In this document: in pieces, positions 12,426 through 24,475 of the stretch
Layout: each line of letters starts with the position of its first letter
Position numbering within the stretch: position 1 is the stretch's first letter
Source of the DNA: Zootoca vivipara
Taxonomy: Eukaryota
NCBI RefSeq assembly: GCF_963506605.1
Contig: NC_083280.1
Location: 41,602,001-41,666,000 of the forward strand
DNA length: 64,000 bases
Reading direction: 5' to 3'
The notes under the pieces: generated by a model
What the model was told of the DNA's origin: nothing
The model's input: only the letters and a program-made list of their open reading frames with translations
Database searches by the model: none
Position numbers and translations under genes: made by a program

Positions 12426-12624
12426 ATTACAGGGCCACCCTTGCATGCTGTGCTATTGTTTATTACTCCAGTTTGCTGTTTCTCATAGAGACGTATCAGT
12501 ACCACTTATTTCTGATGTTATTTATGGTTTTCAGAGTTTTAATAGGAAGAGCTTTGCTCAGAGAGGAGCTTAATGGTCCGTGCTTCCCCAAAGCTCTATA
12601 CATGATTCAGAAGAAAAGAGGTTA

Positions 12625-12839
12625 CAGGTAGGTAGCCGTGTTGGTCTGGATCGAAGTAAAATAAAAAAATTCCTTCAGTAGCACCTTAAAGACCAACTAA
12701 GTTTTTATTTTGGTATGAGCTTTCGTGTGCATGCACACTTCTTCAGATACCTATCTGAAGAAGTGTGCATGCACACGAAAGCTCATACCAAAATAAAAAC
12801 TTAGTTGGTCTTTAAGGTGCTACTGAAGGAATTTTTTTA
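12625..12839. mobile_element. Penelope-like (PLE) non-autonomous insertion forming a perfect 88-bp-arm palindrome, flanked by a 17-bp TSD
   Basis: 12662-12749 is the exact reverse complement of 12752-12839 with a 2-nt loop (cc). TSD cagaagaaaagaggtta at 12608-12624 and 12840-12856. Ends ggtagccgtgttggtc and ttagttggtctttaaggtgc resemble squamate PLE termini. Confidence 0.85.
12712..12751 (-). ncRNA. Minimal type I hammerhead ribozyme motif (PLE-type); second copy on the + strand at 12752-12789 with a shorter stem I
   Basis: 5'-GGUAU CUGAAGA A GUGUGCAUGCACAC GAAA GC UC^AUACC-3': stem I GGUAU/AUACC, core CUGAnGA and GAAA, palindromic stem II, 1-bp stem III with palindromic AGCU, NUH triplet CUC. 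Confidence 0.72.
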
Positions 12840-13382
12840 CAGAAGAAAAGAGGTTATCATTCTGCAGTCGTTGCAAAGGACATTCAGGCTCTGAAGCTTG
12901 AGAAGAAATCCATCGTTTAACACAAGGAGGGAACAAACCCTAGGCTAAAGGGTGGGGGAGCCACATCACTTTTCAGAATGCCCGTTTGACCCGTCCATCA
13001 ATGGCTCGAGTCAATAACACGACTATGTTGGAAAGAAAGTAAACATTCAACAGTACATCCTTTAATCCTTTATGAGGCTACTTTGTTCCCCCAGCAACAT
13101 TTAAAAATGCAGAGAAACATATACAGGGGCCCTTTCTACTGAGGAGTGGGTAAATAATGTTCTGTTGACACAGAAAGTTGGGCTACCAGCCAAATTTTTC
13201 AAGCTTAGTATGGACACAAACCAGATCCAGGCAGGTGGCTGCATTCAGAGAAGTCTCTTTCCCTATCAACGTTTATTTATCCTCATGCCAAGAAGATGTT
13301 TTTGAGGCATGAGGGAAATGTACTCAGCGTGACTAAGATGTATGATTCTACAGTATCTAAATATATTAGGTAATTTCATACA

Positions 13383-13785
13383 TATGGTTTTCCCAGTAGT
13401 AATGTACGGAAGTGAGAGCTGGACCATAAAGAAGGCTGATCGCCAAAGTGATGCTTTTGAATTATGGTGCTGGAGGAGACTCTTGAGAGTCCCATGGACT
13501 GCAAGAAGATCAAACCTATCCATTCTGAAGGAAATCAGCCCTGAGTGCTCACTGGAAGGACAGATCCTGAAGCTGAGGCTCCATTACTTTGGCCACCTCA
13601 TGAGAAGAGAAGACTCCCTGGAAAAGACCCTGATGTTGGAAAAGATTGAGGACACTAGGAGAAGGGGACAACAGAGGACAAGATGGTTGGACAGTGTTCT
13701 TGAAGCTACCAACATGAGTCTGACCAGGCTGCGGGAGGCAGTGGAAGACAGGAGTGCCTGGCGTGCTCTGGTCCATGGGGTCACT
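13383..13785 (+). mobile_element. BovB (RTE clade) LINE fragment, 5'-truncated and lacking its 3' tail
   Basis: MVFPVVMYGSESWTIKKAD...FELWCWRRLLRVPW...RLHYFGHLMRRE...WRALVHGVT. Confidence 0.93.
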
Positions 13786-13897
13786 AGATTTCAGTCTCAG
13801 ACAGATGTTCATCCTGTAGGCTCTTCAAAACCCTTGAGCAATAAGAAGTGCACATCTCTTTGGCTAATTCTGTCTGCTACTTAAGCATTCCAATAGT

Positions 13898-14070
13898 ATG
13901 ATGGTAGGAGCTGTTAGACAGTGGAATGGACTCTCGCAGAAGGTGGTGACCTCTCCAATGGAGGTTTTAAAACTGAGGTTGGATGGCCATCTGTCAGTGA
14001 TTCCTGCATTGCAGGAGGTTAGTCTAGATGGCCCTTGGGGGTCCCTTCCAACCCTACAATTCTATGAGTC
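13898..14070 (+). mobile_element. CR1 LINE 3' end
   Basis: AVRQWNGL...EVLKLRLDGHLS followed by gtcccttccaaccctacaattctatga. Confidence 0.75.
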
Positions 14071-16442
14071 ATTTATTCCGACCTAAGAATGTTCTATTGC
14101 ATCTGGGACACAGTGCTTCTTATCCTAGCCTTGGCAATCTTAACAAACAGCTGTTCTTAGGGTTATGGATGGTGGTCCTTCTGTTCCTTTACACAGTGCT
14201 CAATGGTCGCTCAAGGGCTGAATGTTTCTGTTTGAGTGCTCCAAAGATCCTGTCTTACAACCTGCTCAGGTCCTGATTGTGTGCTAGTGGATACCAGTGG
14301 CCCCAGCCAAAGGTATGTCTTGATGCTATCGCTTCATTATTGCAGAGCTGGTGCATGTGAAAAGAGAAGGTGACAGTGGGCTTCCTTAAGAGCAGTTCTA
14401 AAAACTAGTTCACACAGGCAGGTCTGGTCATGTGATCACAGCACATGTGATTGAGAAGCGAAGGTGTGTTCATAGATGCAATCCATCTGATCCTTCTTTC
14501 TCAGTAAACGGGGGGGGGGGGTCATACACACACAGCACCTGTGTTGCACATTACCATGCCACACACATGGCATGCTTATCTACTCCTTCACCACAAGTAC
14601 TGAATCAGGTTCAAAGGATTTATGTGTGCACATGTATGTACACAAACACACACACATTATACATAGCTACGGTACATAGCCAGCCTCTTTGCACATGTCC
14701 TTTTTCTCTATTTGCTTATCATGTAGTAGTCATAGCCATAATCATAATATTTACAGTCTTAGAAAATGTAATGTCATTATATCACGATCATGACAATGCT
14801 GATTTAGAAAGAGCCAGAAAAAACATTTCTTGGAAAAACTTGCAAGCTACTTGCCAAGAAAAGTGGAACATTCTTTTCCAGAATTTGTTGCCTTTCCTCT
14901 CTGTAAAGAAATGTCAAAACAAAGCAATGAGATCCACAAAACAAAACAGAAGTGTTACTGGGGTGTTTTCCCACTGCCCATTGCGAATGCTGGAATTGTG
15001 TGAACTGGAGCATATGCTAGAGCTTGGTTAATTGTCAAATATTAGGAGTACTGAGGACCCTTCCAACTAGCTAGCGTGGGGGCTCTGGGTTTAGGAGCCA
15101 GCACACATCATGCTGTGAGCTGGGGAAGGGATTATTGAAGAATATTTTGCAAATTAAGCAAGAGACCTTGGGTGAGTCACTGCCTCTCAGCTCAACCTAC
15201 CTCACAGGGTAGTCGTGAGGATTAAATGAGGATGGGGAGAACTATGTGCACCTTAAGCTCCTTAGAGGAAAAGGGTAGAGTGTAAATGCAGTAAGCAAAT
15301 CAATAAGAGATGGGGAAACTACACTTTAAAAAAAATGCCCCCAATTACTTGTGTATTTGATGGTAAGGTTATGAAACACAATCTTGCACTGCTTGCTGTA
15401 GTGCCATAAGTGATTAACATTAACACTAATTTCTTTGATTGTCAATTCTCTCTGTCTCCTGCTCAAAGCACCTGACACGATGCTTTAAAATTCTTCATGT
15501 TCATTAGAACAGAGGGGAGTCTTTGGAGGAGGACGAGATCAGGGAGAAAATAATGACAAAAATATTAAGAGAGAAAGAAAAGGCTGCAGTAATCAAAGGG
15601 TGGTTTTACAGAAGAAATTAGTGGGTGTCAAAGAGAAAATAATTACCAGGGTGCATTCCAGGAGAAAATTACTGTGATCTGTGCCATATTGACCACCCCC
15701 TCCCCTATTCCCACAATTTCATTTGTCAATCCCTCCGTGTCTTCTTTGTCTCCGTCTAATGAGGACTGCATATATTCTGGGCAAGGAGACAACTCACTCC
15801 AATATTCTATTCCAGACGTAGCACATGACTGCCCGGTAGGAAACAAAAGTGAGATGGTACTAGAAGCAATTCACAGAAGAGTGTAATGAATACTAATGGA
15901 GGTTGGAGGGATGTCATTTTGACTGTAGCAATTTCCTCCAACTGTAATTGACTTAAAAGGCAATCCATGTTAGCAATTTAAGTACGAGTTAGGATGCAAC
16001 CAGGTACCGTTTAGATTAGGATTGCTTCAAACAAGGCACTTTCATATGGTTCCTGAGTACCAAACACATGAGTCAATCTGAACTTCACACCTATGTATTT
16101 TTAGCTGCTTGAGAAAGAACCGAGTTCTCCTCCGCTTGCATATATTTTTAAAGCTGTCACAGGGACAAATGTGCTGTTCCCACACCCAGCACAAAAAGCC
16201 TTCAGAGAGATCAGTCTGTCTCCTGCTGAAATGGGAAAGGTTTTTGTGGTGTTGGAGATAAATTCTGTGGTCCTGAGCAGTAGCCATCTTAGAGCATCTT
16301 TGCACGTCTGCCCTTTACTAAATTTAAAGTCTACTGTAAATGCCACCCAGAAGCCTGCACGACATGTTGTTAAGCATCACATGCTGCCAGAAACAGAAGC
16401 TTCACAAATGCACTTGGTATGAGGATCATGGGGCATATATAT

Positions 16443-16952
16443 TGTTACGAGTTTCTGGATGCCACTGAATCCCTGGATTCAGGAAATGTTAAAATATAAG
16501 CCAGGCCCATTTCCTGTTGAGGAAATCGCCTGGGAGATGAGCCATTGGGAGAATAAAAGGAAGCTGCTGAACCATTAGCAAAGGCAAAGAGAGGGGGCTC
16601 TGTGTCATACGACAAATGTAAGGGGCCCTCTGTCAACTCAGAGTTAGTTAAAAGACAAAGCAAGGGTTTGAATTAAGAGTCTTTTAGGGTTGGCTGTGGT
16701 GTAACCTAGAGGGGGAAAGGTTTTAAAAGTGGCAAGCTGGAGAGAGAGTGAGAGCATGATGGCTGCTTTGTGTTTGAACCTCTGGTTTTGGCTATGGGAG
16801 AGATGACCCTTTTAGGGTGGTAAAGATGTGAACCCCTCCATTGTAGGCTCAGGTTGTATATATATGTAAACAAAAGGAAATATGGGCTCTGGGTAAATGC
16901 CTGGAATCCCTGGGATCTTACACTGCTCAGAGATTGGGAGTGGTATGCAACA
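16443..16952 (+). mobile_element. Solo LTR (510 bp) with 4-bp TSD
   Basis: TGTTAC...GCAACA termini with atat on both sides. A related 3' fragment (cactgctcagagattgggagtgg) occurs at about 25650-25695. Confidence 0.7.
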
Positions 16953-16995
16953 ATATTAAAAAGAGCCCCTATGGTGTGTAAGGTGCACACACCTC

Positions 16996-17150
16996 ATAGC
17001 TCAGTGGTAGTGTTTGCTTTGCATGCAGAAGGTCCCGGGTTCAAGCCCCGGCATCTCCAGGTAGGGCTGGGAAGGACTCTTGGCTGAAACCCTGGAGAGC
17101 TACTACCAGTCATTGCAGATAATACTACATCTGACTCAGTTTAAGGCAAG
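16996..17150 (+). mobile_element. tRNA(Ala)-derived squamate SINE (Squam3-like)
   Basis: tagctcagtggtag...tttgcatgcagaaggtcccgggttcaagccccggcatctccaggtagggctgggaa...ccctggagagc. Confidence 0.8.
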
Positions 17151-17969
17151 AGATGTATAATTAGATTATGAGAAATTAATACCCATGTTTAGCTTATTCT
17201 TTAAAATCATAACATAGAATTTTCCTGGAAATCGTGTTGCAACATCAAGCATTTTTTTCATTATTCAAGGGATTGTTTTGTAGCTTTGTTCCCAGAAATT
17301 AATATTTGTTTTTAAAAAATAGTGTAGCAGCACCACCTACTGGGCCAAAGAAATTCCGATTGTACAGTACATGAATGCAAGGAAAGAGTAATCCAAAAGC
17401 AATGGATTAAATGAAGTACAGTACTTTGTTTTGTTTCTAGAAAGAGAAAGGTGAGGAGGAAGGGTTTGGCAAATAAATGGAAGCTATACATTGCTTATGG
17501 CTTATGCCAACAACGATTGCAAATATTCAGGCTGCCTGCAACGTAGCAAAAAATGACTTCAGGTCAGAGTATTTACTTTATTTATTTAAAACATTTCAAT
17601 TCCATCTTTTGATGCAAGTAATCAGATTTTTTAGAAAAATAAAATAATAATATCCAAAGTGGCACCTACAAAAATATTAATAATAGTAACTGCAACTCAC
17701 AGAGCTCAGCATTGCTAATTATAGGGGGATCTCATATCGTTGAATGTTTCATTGGCCTACAAGTCCACAAATAGCCCGGTCCTTCTGGATATGACGTTAA
17801 TTTAAGGCACATGCTATACAGCAGGAAACTGAGCAAAAATACACGTTTCTTGAAAAGACTGTGACAGCCTAGTGGTTTCATCCTGATCATCCTATATAAA
17901 AACCTGGGGGAAATGAGGTATTTCATGACAACAACTTCTTCTTTCCTTCTCCCGATTACCCCTGCAAAG

Positions 17970-18271
17970 TCAGACTGAGACTGCTCCAGGCACTACCTTA
18001 CGGATATATGTGTAGGACTTCCGGAGAGTGACACTTCCGTGATGGGAGACTCCGCGGGGGAGGACACATTCTTCCGTCAGTTTCTGGGTCTCAGCATCCC
18101 AACACAGCACAGTGGCAATGACGTCGTTCTTCTCGTCTCGCCCTCCGGTGATGAACAGCTTGTTGTTGCAAGGAGCAATCCCACAACTTGCTCGTTCGTG
18201 GCTTAACTGGGTCGCCAGGCACCAGGCGTCTGTGAGTGGGCTGTAAGAATAGACTGCCCTCATAGCTCCAC
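17970..18271 (-). CDS. KLHL6: Kelch-like 6, coding exon 7 (last)
   Basis: Acceptor cttcag|GT; (G)[16 protein letters not shown]...[10 protein letters not shown]; 302 nt. Candidate poly(A) signal (tttatt on +) near 17577. Confidence 0.96.
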
Positions 18272-19277
18272 CTGAAGTGGGAAGAGAGCAAATGATTCCT
18301 TCTGGCAAATTTGTTTCTTTTTTTAAATGCGTTCTAGGCTTCTGGCCCAAATGTTAGTGTCAGGTTTCCTCAACCCACAAGACAAAGAGAGGACAGGACA
18401 CTCATTCCGAAAAGACAGCCAGCCAAAGACTTTACTTCATCAACTAGCCTTCATCAACCGGGTGGGTGCCTTCCAGTTGGTTTGGACTACGTTTTCCAGA
18501 AGCCCATGCTCACTGAGGCTGCTGGGAATTGTAGCCAAAGACATCTAAAAGCCACCAGGCTGGTTGTTTTCATCAATGGGAACTGTGACCCCCCCCCCAA
18601 CCATGGCACAGCATATCAGTATGAAACATCAAAAGGGCACTGGGGATCTTGCAATGCATTTCAGCTTTCTGTTGAACTGGAGGCTGTCTCCTCACACTGA
18701 GAGACACGAAATAGAAACCTATGAATATAAGTATTTTGCCTGCATAGTTTTTGACTGCTACTGTAGCTGTGAAACAATGCATGATTATAAAGAAAGAAAA
18801 TCTTATTTTTAAACTTACTTCCCCATTTGTTGCCTGGTTCTTTGTTAAGTGGGTAGAAAGGGGAAGCCAGTTTACTTTTGTTAGCTGGACGTGGTCAAAC
18901 AAGATTTTATAGCCTAACTCCTATGCTTTCAACCCACACATGTGGGCTCCCACAGGGATAAATTGCAATTAATATATCCTCTCCTACCAGTGCTGTAACT
19001 CTCCAACCGTTTGACTTCACCACCAAAGGTGCTTTTTCCATTGTCTACTGAGACAGATGAATGCCAACCAGTCAGTCAAAACCATTAAAACCCATCCCCC
19101 AATTTGCACCTCTTTGTGTGCATGCACAACCCAATTAAAAATATCTTGGCATGGAATTCAAAACTATTCCCATTCCCCCAAGTGGCTATTCAACAATGCA
19201 GAGGGACCGGAGTTTGACTAAATTGCCTTCTTGTCCTTCAACTGGAATTCTAGAAAAAGCATTTCAGCTGTACCTAC

Positions 19278-19491
19278 CAACAACATAGATGTGGTCATGG
19301 AAACTGGTGGCATTGACACATTTTGCCTCAACAGGCATGGGTGATTTTAAGGTCCAGCTGTTTGTTGCTGGGTCATAACATTGTGTTTTGTCCGTGGCCA
19401 GCTTCCCATTGGGTCCTCCCCCAATCACATAGAGCTTCTTCTTGTAACTGGCGGCCCCAAATGAACTGACGTTGACCATGAGAGGAGCTGC
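19278..19491 (-). CDS. KLHL6: Kelch-like 6, coding exon 6
   Basis: ttatag|GCA...GTT G|gtaggt; [14 protein letters not shown]...HIYVV; 214 nt. Confidence 0.96.
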
Positions 19492-19955
19492 CTATAATAA
19501 TGCAGAACAACAGAATTGAGGGATGTGCTGAAGGTTCATCAGGACTCCATGCGTTATGTATATTAATTCTCTTTTTTTTAAAAAAAAAAAGTAAAGTGGA
19601 GAGAAATGAGTTGGGTGCAAGTCACGAAGAGTGTATGACTGACACCATTTGGTTTAAGATGCCTATGGCATTCAAAGGGACTTACTTCCAGGTAAATGTC
19701 TAGAATTGCCACCTTTGTTTTGCATAATGTGCATCCATGTATGATGGTTGATTGGGTAAAAAGAAAATGCCATTCTAAATTTATCTTCTAGATAATCTTA
19801 CATTTGGATTATAGATGCAGGAAATGCCAAAAACAAAACAAAACATTTTTGGTGTGAAAACACCATTTGCCTATTATCCAACATCTGAGAGTAGAAAGTC
19901 GTTGTTTTAGTCTGTTTCCTGTTTCATCACTACCAAAAGCACATCTGTACCTTAC

Positions 19956-20158
19956 CTCTGACCAACAGTTGTGAAAAGAATCATATGTCTCCACACTGTT
20001 GATTCTTTGTATACCGTCGTAACCACCAATGACATACACTTTGCCACCCAATACAGCCATTTTGTGTCTCCATCTTCCAACGTTCAAATATTCAATTTGG
20101 ATCCATTTGTTGATGGATGAATTATATTTCCAAACTTCGTGTTGCGTTTCTTTCCCTC
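19956..20158 (-). CDS. KLHL6: Kelch-like 6, coding exon 5
   Basis: cgcag|GA...GAG|gtaagg; [11 protein letters not shown]...HNCWSE; 203 nt. Confidence 0.96.
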
Positions 20159-20387
20159 CTGCGATGAATGTAATATACCAAATTAGAACCAAACTTCCAG
20201 AATTTGTTCCTTGATTTTTGATTTCTAAATATATATAGCAATATTTCCCAAGAGCGAGCTCAATTCTTTTTTTAAAAAATGAGGGTAAAAGTTCCACAAC
20301 AAAAGCATTGTAGGATAACTGCAATTTCACCATAAAACTTATAGTCTGGCAACAGTCCAACTCCTGAAAGAATTATGAACATTGTTA

Positions 20388-20697
20388 AAAGGTAAAGAGA
20401 CTCCTGACCATTAGGTCCAGTCACAGACGACTCTGGGGTTGCGGCACTCATCTCACTTTACTGGCCAAGGGAGCCGGCGTACATGGCGGACCAGAGCAGC
20501 ACACGGAAACGCGGTTTACCTTCCCGCCAGAGCGGTACCTATTTATCTACTTGCACTTCGTGCTTTCAAACTGCTAGGTTGGCAGGAGCAGGGACCAAAC
20601 AACAGGAACTCACCCCATTGCGTGGATTCGAACCGCTGACCTTCTGATCGGCAAGCCCTAGGCTCAGTGGTTTAACCCACGGCGCCACCTGCGTCCC
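20388..20697 (-). mobile_element. Sauria SINE with 15-bp TSD
   Basis: (ACCTTT)-type tail (aaaggtaaag on +), tRNA-like head gggacgcaggtggcgc...ggttcgaatcc. TSD ttatgaacattgtta / ttatgaacgtcgtta. Confidence 0.9.
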
Positions 20698-20929
20698 TTA
20701 TGAACGTCGTTACTTAAACCTAATGTTTAATAGTCTCAGGTCATAGAATCATAGAATTGTAAAGTTGGAAGGGATCGCAAGGATTATCTAGTTCTAGTCC
20801 AACCTCCTGCAGGAATCTTTTGTCCCATCCAAAGATAGAATCTTTGGAGCTAAAGCCCATAACCCTGAGATTAAGAGTCTCATGCTGTAACTATCCCCCC
20901 CCCTTCATGGGCATTATGATCTTCCTTAC

Positions 20930-21167
20930 CTGATATGTAAACTTCATTTTTTAATGTGGCACAAGCAAACTCCACCCATTTTTTATTCTCACACTCGGTT
21001 TCTTGTTCCGTGTTTGGCAGTTTTGCCACCTCCAAACGACTGCGCCTCAGAGGATCAAGGCAGGTGACTTCAGCTACGAACTTTTCATCCTTTGTGCAGC
21101 CACCTATGATCAAGAAGACCTCTGACTGGAATTCGTGCATTCTCGGCTTTGTTCTTTCAGAAATGAT
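20930..21167 (-). CDS. KLHL6: Kelch-like 6, coding exon 4
   Basis: tttag|ATC...TCA G|gtaagg; [18 protein letters not shown]...KNEVYIS; 238 nt. Confidence 0.96.
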
Positions 21168-21414
21168 CTAAATGAAAGCAAAGAGCTGAAGAGATCTTTA
21201 TCTTTAAACATTTTAACAAAAGCCCCCCCTTCACTCCCAGTAAATAATTCTCCTAGGGACATATCAAGCTCCAGACACTTTCAAGAGTGTCTACCCACCT
21301 TCCAAATGCAAGATGTGTTCATTATTTTATTTTATTTTTGGATTAGAAAAACAGCATACAATAAAACTCTTATAACTGTAGGTTACAAAACTCATCCCGA
21401 TCAGTGTACTAGTG

Positions 21415-21631
21415 CAGTGCTCCCCAACCTTTTTATCGCCGTGGACCAGTCGATGTTTGATAATTTTACCGCAGCCCGCTAAAGGGGGGGGCGTTGATTG
21501 TTTATATTTTATTTAGATTGTTTTGATTTAATAATTTTAATTTAATTGTATTTAAATGTTCCTTGGGCGGACCGGTACCAATTGATCCACGGACCGGTAC
21601 CGGTCCGTGGCCCGGGAGTTGAGGACCACTG
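21415..21631. mobile_element. hAT-type MITE
   Basis: Ends cagtgctccccaac / gttgaggaccactg; 8-bp TSD tactagtg / cactagtg. Confidence 0.85.
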
Positions 21632-21981
21632 CACTAGTGTATACAATATATTGTAATAAACATTTCACGGATTATTCCAAAAGATCTAGAAGGCATGATT
21701 TTAAGAGTTATTTGCATGCATTTAATGCATGGTTGTTACCTATTTAAAAATACTCATTCTTCATAAGACACACATGCCTAGCTCTATGAAATTCATGAAA
21801 TAAATAGTCTAACATTAAAAACCCCACCTTTTCCCCTAACAATTGAGCAAATTGTGGCCATACAGCTTCAATATAATACTGACTATTTATACCAGGGATG
21901 GAGAAAATATGACTCTCCAGCACCAACAAACCCTGAAAATTGGCCGTGTAGACTGGAGCTGAAGTCCATCAAAGTCTAGAG

Positions 21982-22356
21982 CAGGGGGTGGCAAGGCTTA
22001 CCAGGCATGGGCTAGATCACTCCTGCGGAGATCCTCTGTGGGCCGGGCTGGTGCAGCGTGACACCGGAAATTGCGTCTGTGCATGTCTGCGGCGCTGGAA
22101 ATCGCTTCTGCTCATGCCCAGACGCCGAAAATCGCACCTGCACAGAAGCGATTTTCGGTGTCTGGGCATGCACAGAAGCGATTTCTGGCGTCTAGGCATG
22201 CAAAGAAGCGCTTTCCGGAGCTGTGGAAGAGAGTCCCTATGTCGGTTTAGTGGGGACTTGTTGAGCAGGTGGCTCGGTTCGGGGACGGCTCGTGGGCTGG
22301 TTAAACAGCCTCTGTGGGCCGCTTCCAGCCCGTGGGCCGCAGGTTGAGGACCCCTG
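21982..22356. mobile_element. hAT-type MITE with internal repeats of about 30 bp
   Basis: cagggg...cccctg ends, perfect 8-bp TSD gtctagag, internal repeated gcacagaagcgatt...cgtctgggcat units. Confidence 0.85.
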
Positions 22357-23136
22357 GTCTAGAGGGCTGCTCCTAATTTAGACCCATTTCAATCTGGCAT
22401 CAGGTCTGAATTGCCACTGAAATGGCCTTGATTGTCTCACCTTGTGCTGAGGGAATAACAGGGGAAGTGCAACCCTGTTAATTCTCCTGGACCTCTCGAT
22501 GGCATTCATACTGGAAGTTGGATAACCACCATTTTGATAGCTCTAGTCTTACATGGAAGATCTTTTTTCTGAAAGTTATGCTGGGAAACTATTGCTCTGC
22601 ATTTCGCCTTGCTCTACCTATTCAATTTATATCCCAACCTTTCTCCCAAAAGAGCCCAGGGTGGCTATGGTGTTCCACAGGCCTCCTCATCCCGTCCTCC
22701 CTGCTTTATAACTTCTATGTGATACCACTGGAGGGAAGTTATTCAAATATGTGCTGTGAAATACCATTGATATGCTGCTGCCACCCAACTCTATTTCTTC
22801 TTTGCTTATGAGGCCGTTGAGGACCTGAACTGGTGACTGAGGTCAGGAACCTGCGGCCTTCCAGAAGTTGTTGGACTTCAGCTCCCATCAGCACCAAACG
22901 ACGTGGCCAATGGTCAAGGATGATGGAGATTGTAGTCAGAACAACATCTGACAGGCGACAGGTTCACCACTCCTAGTATAAGTTGTTACTAATACTAGAT
23001 CAATAAAATTATCAGTATCAGCGTAATATAAAACTAGTAATTATTTATTTACTTATTTACTATATGAGTATAAAGGGGTGTGAATTTCTCTTCCTTTTTA
23101 TGCAGACTTCTTTCTTCCTTGAAATAATATTCAATA

Positions 23137-23444
23137 CAGTGGTACCTCAGGTTAAGAACTTAATTCGTTCCGGAGGTCTGTTCTTAACCTGAAACTTTTC
23201 TTAACCACCACTTTAGCTAATGGGGCCTCCTGCTGCCGCCGCGGCGCAATTTCTGTTCTCATCCCGAAGCAAAGTTCTTAACCCAAGATACTATTTCTGG
23301 GTTAGCGGAGTCTGTAACCTGAAGCATCTGTAACCTGAAGCGTCTGTAACCTGAAGCGTCTGTAACCTGAAGCGTCTGTAACCTGAAACGTCTGTAACCT
23401 GAAGAGTCTGTAACCTGAAGAGTCTGTAACCCGAGGTACCACTG
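23137..23444. mobile_element. Tc1/mariner-type MITE containing a 16-bp minisatellite
   Basis: TA|cagtggtacctc...gaggtaccactg|TA; (tctgtaacctgaagcg) x7 plus a partial unit at 23311-23432. Confidence 0.9.
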
Positions 23445-24025
23445 TATATACAGTCCAACTCCCACCATAAAGCACCCTGAACCTACGTAACCTTCCACAA
23501 CAATAGCTTGAGAATCTGCATTACAAACTTTAGGCTTCTTCCTCTTTCCAAATATATACTGATAAGGTGTTCAAAGGGAAAGTATGGCAGCTGTCCAACT
23601 CCCATACATTGACACTCATACCTGAAAAATAGTCACAGGTGGGGGAATCTTGTAGCACCACCTCAAAGTCTCATTTATTAGGGCAAAAGCCGTCATGGAC
23701 TTCACCAGAGGCAGAAAGCATTGTTGGTAGTCAGCAGTGTATGTATGTTCATGGTTACGGGGGCAAAATATGTAAGTAATTGAACCACTGTATATCTGTT
23801 AGTCTTTATGGTGCCACAAAACTATAAGAGATTAGCATGGCTACCTTCTTGAAAATGTTTCCATAGAGATGGATGTTAGGAAGTTAGCCTTTCCAAAAGC
23901 AGGATGGCACTGCCACAAGCAGGAACACCACAGAAAGCTCATTGCAGAGTATCTATAGATAGTTCAAGCAGCTCATTGAATCACTAGTCTGAACTCTTTC
24001 TTAATACGATCAACATTTAACTCAC

Positions 24026-24475
24026 CTCGTTCCCTGATAGATGGTACATTCTGGCTTCTTGAAGCAAAGGAAAGACATCGGGGCACTGTCGGATCAGTGG
24101 CTCAGCTTCTACAGTCTCTACAAAATACCAAGGGTCCAGAAGGGGTAGTCTGACACCCTCAAGGATGTAAGGCAGGAGAGGAAGCCTGTCTGCTATTTTG
24201 TAATGCACCCAGTTTATAACCATCTCAAACACTTGAGCTTCGTCAGTGACATAGAGTTCATCACTCTTTAGCATACTATATAGGACATCCACAGGCAGTT
24301 CTAAGAACTCGTCGTAATTCAGTACTTGGGAAAAATTCTGGATAATATACCTCTTGACCTGCTGCTTCAGTTTATCAAGTGAATGAGCATCAGCCAGTCT
24401 CAGAATCCCAACACAGTTTTCTGGATGAAGAGCTTCGTTGAGAAAATTGGAGCAAGCTTCTACCATTCGCAAAAA
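24026..24475 (-). CDS. KLHL6: Kelch-like 6, coding exon 3 (BACK domain)
   Basis: tgtag|TTT...GAG|gtgagt; [12 protein letters not shown]...YHLSGNE; 450 nt. Confidence 0.97.

Noticed and set aside
14432-15031. 199-aa ORF
   Set aside because: Non-ATG start, runs through poly-G and CA-rich low-complexity sequence, no domain or splice support.
16996-17060. tRNA-Ala gene
   Set aside because: Degenerate cloverleaf continuing directly into a SINE body; the same applies to 12296 and 43176.
23311-23432. CRISPR-like repeat array
   Set aside because: Head-to-tail 16-bp units with no spacers, inside a MITE, in a vertebrate genome with no cas genes.
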